Below are positions 1 to 9,714 of a stretch of DNA of 64,000 nt, piece by piece; position 1 is the first letter of the stretch, and every line of letters starts with the position of its first letter. The translations under genes were made by a program, and so were the position numbers. The notes under the pieces are model-generated. The model was not told the origin of the DNA and made no database searches. It worked only from the letters and a program-made list of their open reading frames with translations. Source of the stretch: Chrysemys picta bellii (Eukaryota); contig NC_088809.1 of NCBI RefSeq assembly GCF_011386835.1, positions 3,534,001-3,598,000 on the forward strand. Direction: 5' to 3'.

Positions 1-1904
1 CCCAGCAGAGAGGGAGTTAATGGCTAAACTAGCCTGCTCCCCACACTGCAGCAGGTGCAAAGGGTTGAGTTAATGAGGCTTCCTAGTGAGGACTCAGAAA
101 ACAGTTTAAATGAGAGAATCAGCCAACTTAGGTTCTTTAGCAAAAGTGGCTCTTAGCTGAGCTTGGAAAGCCTGTGTTTTTGTTTATCCTGAATGGCCTT
201 ATTTCCCTCTTGGTATAAAATCTCCTGTTGTTTATTTTTTAAATCTGTTTAACTGTGGCTTCCTCACAATAAAAACCTGCAAGAGAGCTCTGTTTGTGCA
301 TGACTTTACTGCTGGCTCACACTGGCCCAACCTTGGGGATATGCTGGGCTTGTGCAGAGCAGATGAGCTGTGTTGTGACAACCCGTGATGTTTCAGGGTA
401 AGTGGAATGTAGACTGTAGGAGAGGCACTATCCACATAAGTACTTGGAGTGGAGGAATCATAAAGGGCTGCCTTGTTTTGAGGTTTCTTAAAAAAATTTT
501 TTAGCCAATAATCAGATGGACTCATTTTGGGAGAGGGGAGTCTGTTCTCTGCTTTCTCTCCAGCAATCGGCAAACCTCACAGTGTTTGGAAGCTCAGTTC
601 GGACAGGCATCTATGAATATTTGACTGTGAAGAGACTGAAAGAAGCTACCAGTTCTTCCAGCAGGCTCTCCTTGTTTCCAGTTTTCCCTAAATGGAGTGT
701 CTCCATTTCACACAGAAGAGACTCCTGCTGTGAAGTGCCAAAGCCGCTGAGGGGGATATCTACAGTAAGATCATATTTGGTAAGTCCGGAGTAAAAAAAA
801 ACCACCCTGATATATGTCTCTTGGCTGCTCATCACATGAAAGAAGGTTATTTGTAGAAGGACATGCTAGGAATAGGAAATGAGTTAGTGGTGCAAGTTGG
901 GGTCATGTGGTAAAAGGGTTTCTCAGATACAGTCCCCTCTTTTCCCAATAAGCAGATGATGATGATAATCTAAGTGCTCTAAAACTTACATGTGTAGGGA
1001 GAGTGTCTTGAAAACTGGTATGCTGCAAGAGGGGCTGGGGTAGAGTTTGATCCCGAATGCTGAGTTCAGCTACACTTAAACCTCTAAAAACCAGGAAATA
1101 CATAATTAAGGTACATGCCGCCCTTGCAACTCAACCTTAACTCTGCCTCCTTTGAGCAACACATCAATAACACACATGCTAGCCTTCTACCCTTATAGAT
1201 GCAACAGCATTCTTCAGGAACAGAGCACAGGAACACTAGGGCAAAGTAACACCTCTTTGCTAAGGCAAATCTTGGGGTTAAGTCAGCAATTGATAGCTAA
1301 TTGCACCTGGCCTACACTCAGACACTGAACTTACTCCACCCAAACCACCCCAGACTTACCAAATGTTCCCACCCCTTCACCTTGCCCTGAGGATTCCTCT
1401 GAAACATTGCCTTCACTCACCTCTCACTAAGCCCTGGAGACCACTGTCATGTATCCCAGCCTGATTGTCTTCTTGCCATGGGGAGTGTCAGCACTCTTGT
1501 GCATCTCTGCTGACACAACCTATGGAATATGGTGTTGAGATGAGGCATACTTACACCGCTCCGCATATCACAATGACAGCTCTTCCACCTTGCTCCAACT
1601 GATCCCAATGCAGCTACGTGGCATGGAATGCAGAGAAATGCTGGAATTCAAATTTGTGGAGTGGAACACAACACAAAGAATGACATGTTCTTATAGTCGT
1701 TCCTCATGTCTGCTTATTAATGGCACCACCCTTTCTGAGCCATTCCCAGTGGCAATTGCTAGCTCAAGGGGTCAGTGTTAAGGTGGCATTGCAAAGGTGG
1801 TATTTACCTTAATGTTGTATTTCCCTGGTTTTCAGAGGTTTTAAGGGTAGCCGCTTTCCAAGTTCTGGAAGGGCACAAGGCAGCAATGGCAAACCTGAGT
1901 CTGT

Positions 1905-2260
1905 GTTAGCAACATTTTTGGGCAGTTAATAGCATCTTACCTGTGGTGGGGCCAAGGGTCAACTTTAGAGATGAGCCAAAGCCTATTGAAGTTAGTAGAA
2001 AAACTCTCATTAATGGGCTTCAATGGGCCTGGGATCAAGCCCTCGCTGGGAAGGAGAATAGCAATTTTCTACTAGTTCTGTACCTAAAGGTCGCTGACTC
2101 CAAGGGGCGGGAGAGGAATTCTTCAGGGTCATTCAAGGGTTTTGTAACTACGAATAATGGGATAAAACTAACCAAAGAGAATCTAGTGGGGGACATAATA
2201 GAAAAAGTCCTGAAAGCAAGATCTGCATCACTGGGGAATAGCTTCCCAAGGGAAATAGTG
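1905..2260 (+). mobile_element. Possible highly decayed Gypsy-type pol (RNase H) fragment
   Basis: LAT/FWAVNSILPVVGPRVNFRDEPKPI...INGLQW...KENLVGD resembles the Gypsy RH pattern LAIVWAV..FRPYL.G..F...TDHKPL...RLLRW...KENVVAD; weak and by eye. Confidence 0.35.
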
Positions 2261-2860
2261 GTACCAGAATACAGGCCATATTCTGATCTTAGTCACATCA
2301 GCTTTAAATGTGGAGTAACTCCATTGACCTACGCTGTATAACTGAGGTTAGCACATATCCAGTAGTAGTACTGTAAACCAATCTTGTATTGGGGAAGTGG
2401 GTGCATTAGTTCATTCAATCCTTATAGGCCTCGCCCCTCTTTAACAGCTCTGGTTCTGTACTCTGGTGTTCTTGCATCTTCACCAGGCCTTTGTTTTAGA
2501 TTATGTGTCTCTGGAGTTTTGCTCTATGAATCCCCAACCTTTAACTTCCCCTCTGCATCAAACATGCCTTTAGTACAAATGAATCTGTTGTGCTGTGCAT
2601 TGATTCTGTTCCATCCATCATGTCTCGATTTCTTTATTTACCTTTGTGATATTGGTGATGAATGAACGAGGAACAATATACCTTGATCTTTCTAATGTCT
2701 GCTGTTCTTCCTGCAGCATGAATCCTGCTTTGGCAAACGGTACCTGGCTGGAGCTGGAGTTTCCTACTTACAGTAGGAAACAGGCTTTGCTAAATGCATA
2801 AAGGACTTATTTTCCACTCTCTCCTATAGTCGTGTGCACTGTAGTACTGCAACAGAATAA

Positions 2861-3408
2861 GGGCTAGTCCACACTGGGAAATTGACCAGAATAAACTATT
2901 CCAGATCTAACCTCCCCATGTGGACACTCTGATTCTGGAATAAGAGTGTCTTTTTCTGATTTATCTTAATCCACTTTAGAAGTAGATTAAGGCTAGGTCT
3001 ACACTACCCGCCTGAATCGGCGGGTAGAAATCGACCTCTCGGGGATCGATTTATCGCGTCCCAACGGGACGCGACAATCGATCCCCGAATCGACGTTCTT
3101 ACTCCACCAGCGGAGGTGGGAGTAAGCGCCATCGACAGGGAGCCACGGAGGTCGATTTTGCCGCCGTCCCTACAGCGGGGTAAGTCGGCTGCGATACGTC
3201 GAATTCAGCTACACTATTCACGTAGCTGAATTTGCGTATCTTAAATCGACCCCCCCCGTAGTGTAGATGTAGCCTTAGTTAAACTGGAAAGAGGCACTCT
3301 TATTTTGGAATAAAAGTGTTTACATAATTGGATTATTCCAGAATAATTATAGTGCTGTAAATTCACATCCTACTTCATTCTGGAATAATTTCCCTGTGTA
3401 GACAAATC
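2861..3408. mobile_element. Older PIF/Harbinger-type MITE, split by a younger one
   Basis: Degenerate TIRs GGGCTAGTCCACAC ... TGTAGACAAATC. Confidence 0.55.
2991..3274. mobile_element. Young PIF/Harbinger-type MITE
   Basis: TIRs GGCTAGGTCTACACTAC / GTAGTGTAGATGTAGCC, TAA/TTA flanks, CpG-rich interior with repeated ATCGA motifs. Confidence 0.8.
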
Positions 3409-3689
3409 TAATCCTTGCTGTGGTAAGGTATTCTGTCCCCAACAATGGCTATTGCTAACTACTTCATAGGAAGGAGCAAAGCTCCATTTTATGCTGAAAT
3501 ATGCTAGTGGTTTGTCCAATAGGGTTTGTTGATGTATAAGCACTCAGATGAGATGCTCATTAAGGAAACTTGTGTGGGTTAAAGTACTCACCTTTGTGTG
3601 GCACGTAAAGCTCTGAGGCTCCTTTGAATTCCAAAACAGCTGCACAAAAGGAAAGTTGACAACCAGGTTCATCTTGGAAGGCCACAGAG

Positions 3690-4500
3690 GAGGAGTTTTG
3701 AGTTGAAGGGGTTTCCCAGGGGAAATCCTCAGGAGTTGGGGGCAGGGAGAGAAAACTGTATTTAAGATTTAAAAATTTTATTAAGATGATGTTAAAAAAA
3801 TAGTGAACAAAGTTTGAGCATAGAAGTTTCTGGTTATCAGGGAATAACATACAGATTATCGAGGGTGCAAAGTTTGGTTTAAGATAAGGTGGCATGAGGA
3901 ATACATAATCTGCAATATCCCCGATTGGGGATAAAAGGTGGTTGGGTCAAAGTACAGACATTGAGATATGAGGGTATGAAGTTCATAAAGTGGCTATGTT
4001 CGGGTGTGGATTATAATGAGTGGATATGATGATGAGGATGGATTGACCCTCATTTGGTGAGATTTAATGTTTAGGGAGTTTATGGTTCCAGTTCATATGA
4101 TCCAACGGAGAAGATCACTTGGTCCCTTTCTCGTAGTGGGAGAACGATGTCACTCTGGCTCACGCCTCCTGGTACTGTCGGTGGCCGGTGATGTGCTCGA
4201 TGTAGATGTCCCTAGACCATCAGATGGTATCTGAGACCATGAGGCGCCGCATGTGTGAGACCCTAGAGAAATGTAGAGGCCCAAAGCAGCTGCTTCTTGG
4301 GACAAGGCAGCGGTTCCTTTCCCTAGGGTTTCTGAAAAAGGGGAGTTGCCCATTTGTTACCAAGGAAATAAAATGGGTGTAGATCTTGTAAATAAACAAG
4401 TTACAAACAAAATACTTGATTCCATTTCACCGATTTCTGCTTCAAGCTGGAAACCTGTGACATCCTGCAGTCTGCTTCTGCTCCTGCTCAGCAAAGCAGC
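3690..4500 (-). other. Candidate endogenous hepadnavirus fragment (decayed core C-half plus polymerase terminal protein)
   Basis: Ordered motif series across frameshifts: ILFVTCLFTRST, THFIS, WATP, TRRREPE*HRSPTTRK, WNHKL, YNPH, *TSYPHI, MPPYLKPN, HYF, HHLNKIFKS*I, FPWE. Compared by eye with recalled HBV/DHBV proteins. Confidence 0.6.
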
Positions 4501-4639
4501 AACAGCTCTACAACACAATTAACAGTGCAATACTAGCCTATGGAGGAAATGCATGAGTGGGAGAAGTGGTTCCTAACTCCAGTTGATGATCAGCAGATTA
4601 TGGCTTGAAACATGAGGATTTTTGGTGTTTGTGTATAAC

Positions 4640-4870
4640 TACAGAAGCAGTTATTTTTAGGCATCTAATATTTTTTTAAATATTTCTTTGCCATTTGCCT
4701 CAATGACATCCTGCAACAGTGAGTTCCACAGTTTAATTCTGTGTAGCTTTTAAAAAAATAGTTCCTCTTATTGGCTTTGAACTCGCTGCCTTTTAATTTC
4801 AGCATGTGTCCCAATATTCTTGTGTTATGGGACAGGGTAAAGGGGAGCCAGCCTTCTCCATACAATTCAT
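4640..4870 (-). mobile_element. CR1 LINE 3' ORF2 fragment
   Basis: LKLKGSEFKANKRNYFF matches the CR1 ORF2 C-terminal pattern also seen at 43811-44011. Confidence 0.7.
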
Positions 4871-5534
4871 TATTTTATTATATCGCCTCCTACCCTTGTC
4901 CTTTCCAGTGTTCCCTTGTATGTAACTTCCCTGATGCCTCCAGTCACTTTTGCTGTCTTCTAAAGCTGTCTGTGAGCTGGGAGTATGGCTCTAGCTGTGG
5001 TCCAACCTGTTTTCCTTTCAAGCAGCTTTTCTTTATTAAATGCATTACAAGGCTCCTTGACTTGTAAACTGGACGTGCCCTATCTGATGATTTAATTCCC
5101 CACAGTTGCTGTAGTGAATGCCAAATCCATTCACAGTGATTGGATAGCACTAAAGAGATTAGCCAGGACTGCCAAGATCTTGTAACAACCCAAACCGCAA
5201 TCATGTATCTCATAGGATCCTGTGTATTCCCCATGGAAGCTTTGCTGCATTTTTTTTTTACTTCATTTACAATAAAAAAAACTCACCAGCACTGAGGTTT
5301 GTATATACATAGTCCCCAAGAGTGTGGTTAAGACCAATTCCAAAGCCTTACAATCCCTCCCCCCATCCTGCAGGAAAGGGAGTGTTGGGCTGTTATTACA
5401 TTTTAATTTTGCATGAGCTCACTGTTATTCAGTGGAATTCTCTCCCCCCCCCACCTCCTGCCAGACACGTGGACCACATAGGGAGTGGTTAAAAGAGGAA
5501 AGCCAACTGGGCTAAGGTTAAAGGATCAGTCAGA

Positions 5535-5770
5535 GGGGACTGATTGGCTCAGAGGATTGCTAAGGAGACAAGAAACTTTTTCTTCTCCAGGTCACAGATT
5601 TGAGTCCTGCCTAGGCTGAGTAATGACTGGAATGTGTTACCATCTGATGGTAGCCTGTGATAAAGGAGTTTGGTGAGCCTAAGTCCAGTTCCTAGAAGTA
5701 TAACAGGACTAAAATCACCACTACTAGTTTGGGTCACTTTGTTGGCCATCTCAACAGAGCAGCCATGGGT
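5535..5770 (+). mobile_element. LF-SINE-like ancient SINE fragment
   Basis: tRNA-like head followed by AGTCCAGTTCCTAG ... TTGTTGGCCATCTCAACAGAG, resembling the recalled LF-SINE consensus. Confidence 0.5.
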
Positions 5771-5851
5771 TGCATGAACTGTGAAGACTGGATTCCTTTC
5801 TCATTCCTCCATGTCTATCATGAAGCATGTTGGCAAAGAGGCATTCGTGTA

Positions 5852-6023
5852 CACACTCCCCAACTTACACAAGCTTTCTGTTCCGGAACGCCTTGCATAA
5901 CTCAAATTATGCGTAAGTCGGGAACGTATACACGACCATTATGCCAAAAAAAACAAAAACAATTTCTAGCTTACGGAACGTGGATTTGCGTAAGTCGGGT
6001 TTGTGTAACCTGGGGGGCGTCTG
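5852..6023. mobile_element. Tc1/mariner (Tigger-like) MITE
   Basis: TA flanks at 5850-5851 and 6024-6025; degenerate TIRs CACACTCCCCAACTTACACAA / TTGTGTAACCTGGGGGGCGTCTG. Confidence 0.65.
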
Positions 6024-8081
6024 TACTAACAAGTGGAGCAGAGACCTGCCACACGTAGACAAGAGCAGGATTTTTGCCTTGAGTCATTAGTTTAACATGA
6101 AGGCAAGTTTTTATTAAAAACTGTCAGTTTTCAGGCCACTGATTTAACATTTCCCCCAACAAGGCGTTTGTTGGCTGGCAGTAGGAGGTCAAAGCACTGG
6201 AATGCAGCATTGCAAAATGATGACTGTTCCGTCTACTGCTGCACTCAGTCTTCCGAATGATTTTTTGTGTGTATTTTTATTTCATTTCAGTTTCCTGATA
6301 TAGTGCCAGCAGTTTAATCCTTCAAGCACTGTCTTATGAGAGCTTCCTCAGCTCCACGAAATTTCCCCATCATTTGCTCACAATCCTTCTCCACTGATAC
6401 CTTGGATCCTCGGGAAGGGGGAGGGGAAGTAGCAAGTACTCAAGCCGGTCATGGTAAAAAGGCCTTGTAGAATGTGCTACATGCAATACAGATAATTCAA
6501 GGACTAAGAGAGCACTGGAAGAATGAGGACATGATGTAACCTGAAAGCCGGTGAACTGTAAGGTAGCTTGTTCTTTAGGTTGGGTCAGCTTGTACATAAT
6601 TAAAGGGTATCAGCACAGCTGTTGGTGAGAGATAGTTGTGTCACGGGTATTGTTTCACCAAACCAGAGTATTAACAAGACTGGGAAGCAACCTACAGAGC
6701 TGAGATTCAATTCTGCTCTCTTGGAAGCCAATGGGTGTTTTGTCATTTAGTTTAATGAGAGCAGGATTGGGGAGATAACTCAAACAGAAAATACTGGCTG
6801 TCTCCTGGAACCTGGATATGCTCCCATTCCTCACCCTCGCAGGCAGGTTTGGGTGCCCCCTTGGAGAGATGGAATCCCAGTTTTTATGGCGTGTTGCCAC
6901 TCACTTTGCATGGAGATGCCAGAAGATATTTCCAGGTGCTCCTTTTCCAAGAGCCTCTGGGAATGAGATAAAATAATTCACTTTGCCAGCCAAGGTGGAA
7001 TTGGTCCTGTTGGTTCAACACTACAAGGAAAAAAAGAAATGATTCAAAAGGTAAAAATGCTCCAAACACCTTTTCAGTGTTTCTCTGGGATTCTGTCTCC
7101 TTTTCCTTTACAGACCCCATGATTCAAGGACATGACCGATTTGGGTCGACACTAGTGAGAAGGACAAAGGTTGCAGTTGATTTTATCAAATTTCAAATGC
7201 TATTTTCAAACCTCTGATTTAAAAAAAAAATCCTTTTACTTTTTTATAACCATGGCAACTTGCCGCCTGATTGTGATTTTCATTATGTTACGCAGCACTG
7301 ACTGCAAAGCCCCAGGCAGAATTAGAGGAGAAATCCAATGGATTATATTTAGAAAATTCTGCCTTGGCAGATTACACTTGTATTTTTGTCTTTGCGCTCT
7401 ATTTCAACCAAACGTCCTCTCCAGAGAGAACCAGCACGCTGCACTTATGCTGCTATTTTTCACCCTGTTTTATATTTCAGTGTGCACATCCTGTAGTCTT
7501 AGAGCAGCCATCTCTCTCCATCCTAAAAATATCACATTGTGTGAAGAAGGAAAAATCACTAAGGAGGGAGCCTCAGCCGTGAGTGTTGGTCCCTTGCCAA
7601 GATCTGCAGCTCTGGACCAATGTTGGGCACAGCAGTGTCCTAGATAGAGAAAATATGTGGCAACTCCCATTTACATGCGTCATGTTCTCTGCCTCCCATC
7701 ATCTCAATAACCAATCTGCTCCCCATCTGTAACTCCCTCCTTCAGAAAAGTGTCCCTGTTTTGGTCAGTTACTTGTTGCAGGAACTCCTAGAAAGCCTCA
7801 GACACTCTTATCCCAGCTGCTGTGCCTCTGAGGCCCAAAGTTGGCTGTTAAACAGACTGATCAGAAAAGGGTGAAGTGAGAACCAGGCAGAAAGTTAACA
7901 TCTGGCAGAGACTAGTTTGGGATTGGCCTGAGTTCCCAGCACTCATGATCTATAAGGCTGCCCCAGCTGCAAGTTCTTCCAGTTTATAAAAGGTTTCAGA
8001 GTAGCAGCCGTGTTAGTCTGTATCCGCAAAAAGAAGAACAGGAGGACTTGTGGCACCTTAGAGACTAACAAATTTATTAGA

Positions 8082-8121
8082 GCATAAGCTTTCGTGGACT
8101 ACAGCCCACTTCTTCGGATGC
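8082..8121 (-). ncRNA. Minimal type I hammerhead-like ribozyme (PLE-associated)
   Basis: GCAU-CCGAAGA-A-GUGGGC UGUA GUCCAC-GAAA-GC-UU-AUGC. Confidence 0.65.
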
Positions 8122-8132
8122 ATATCAGATAT

Positions 8133-8172
8133 GCATCCGAAGAAGTGGGCTGTAGTCCACGAAAGCTTATGC
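8133..8172 (+). ncRNA. Minimal type I hammerhead-like ribozyme (mirror copy)
   Basis: Exact reverse complement of 8082-8121. Confidence 0.65.
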
Positions 8173-8967
8173 TCTAATAAATTTGTTAGTCACTAAGGTG
8201 CCACAAGTCCTCCTGTTCTTCTTTTTCCAGTTTATAAACAAGGTCAGAGTTGGAGTGGTGTTCTACTGTGTGCCTCCCTGGTGGCTGCTTGTTTGACCAC
8301 AACCAGAGTCTGGTCCGTCTCAAGCCATTGCCATAGAAAAGAGCATCATGCAAATAGGGAAAAAACAATTGGAAGAGTATAGGAATAGTAGATGGATCTT
8401 AAGACCCCAAAATGGAAAATTAAACTCATCCAGAGTGTCGTGTTTGTATCTTGTTTCGGGGCAGGACAATGGCGATAGCTGCTGCCGGAGAAAACAGAAT
8501 GAGAGAGAATTGCTGAGGGAGTTTTTATTGCATTTTCAGGGTATGCATTTGGACCAACATTTAAGTCTTGTGAAAAATAAGTTTTTCTAAAACCTAAGAC
8601 CTATAGAAACGTTTCCATTATTGTTTTTAAATTATTTTATCCGAAACAGCCATTTTAAAAACAAATAACCATTCCCCTGCTTGTCTGCAGACCTGGTATT
8701 GCAACATTCTTCTAGACAGTTCGAAAATGATATTGACTAGACACTGACTAGTTTATTTTCACCAACTAGTGCGAATAATTGACCTACCAAATGTACAATA
8801 AAATCTATCAGTTGATTAAAATACTTTGGTTTGGTAACCCAAGGTGCTGATTGTAATATAAGTAAAATTATTTACTTTTCTAAAAATATGTTTTTAACCT
8901 GGCCATATTTATTTTTATGTTTTTCAACTCCAGTTGTTTAGCCACTTGCTACAGACAATCATAAAAT

Positions 8968-9010
8968 CTGTTAGTGTTTAAGGTGCCATTGGACTCCTCG
9001 TTGTGTTTAT
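8968..9010 (+). mobile_element. Short decayed Penelope-like tail fragment
   Basis: TGTTAGTGTTTAAGGTGCCATTGGACTCCTCGTTG resembles the PLE tail in the opposite orientation. Confidence 0.5.
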
Positions 9011-9577
9011 AGAATCTGTAGGTTAGTCTTCTACATTGCTCTTTGTGCTGGGGGAGGGCATTTCTGCCATGGTGAGATTTTGGATTATTCCAGATGGGCC
9101 AAATTCTCCTGACTTCAGCACACTCCCAAGGAAGTCAGTGAGAGTTTTGCCAGAATAAAGACTGAATAAAAGTGAACAAGGACTTTAGGATTTGGCTACT
9201 CAGGTTGAGAGAGAGAGAGAATACAGCTCTCTGGTTTTAAAGGCTCATCCCTAAGTCTGTTTTAATGATCATTGTTTCTGGATTGTGGGGAAAGGAATGA
9301 GAGAATCCAGCACTTTCTGGGGCTGACAGAATTTATCAGGGACTTGTGCCTGGGCAGGTGAATTCTTTGCTTAGGAGGTCAGTGAGAATCCCTTTCTTGT
9401 TACTGCAGTGCTGGCTGTAAGGAAGGTGCTTCTGCTTGCTTGACAGCAGCTGAGAAGGAGGGTGGAGATAGGCAGTTTTTTACGGGGATTGGTGTGATCA
9501 GGTTTCAATGCAAAGCACGTGTGAATAATCCAGTGCTGCTTTTTCGATCTGTCACTGATGCAGAGTGAGCAGGGAGA

Positions 9578-9714
9578 ATGGGGCAGGTCGGTTGGAAGGG
9601 TCTGTGTCTGTCTCTTTTTGATTATAAAACCGAAAAATATGTCATTGCGAAGAACAAGAAGGTGGGAATTCTCTATCGAGTGGTGCAGCTGTCCATCCTG
9701 GCTTACCTGGTGGG
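9578..9714 (+). CDS. P2RX5: P2RX5 coding exon 1
   Basis: [46 protein letters not shown]; donor GTAAGT at 9715. Confidence 0.96.

Larger units (their letters stand above)
7991..8224 (-). mobile_element. Penelope-like element 3' end with inverted partial duplicate
   Basis: Same tail as the GIY-YIG-bearing copy at 14233; 14-bp direct repeat TTCCAGTTTATAAA at 7977-7990 and 8225-8238. Confidence 0.88.

Noticed and set aside
1-840. LTR-like composition at the window start
   Set aside because: Left end is outside the window; no terminus, PBS or TSD could be fixed
7094-7149. Exon-like segment after a strong polypyrimidine tract (PMIQGHDRFGSTLVRRTK)
   Set aside because: Weak donor, no partner exons and no protein match
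1-9500. Expected 3' exons of the syntenic neighbour ITGAE
   Set aside because: No GFFKR motif or integrin-like exon found in any frame
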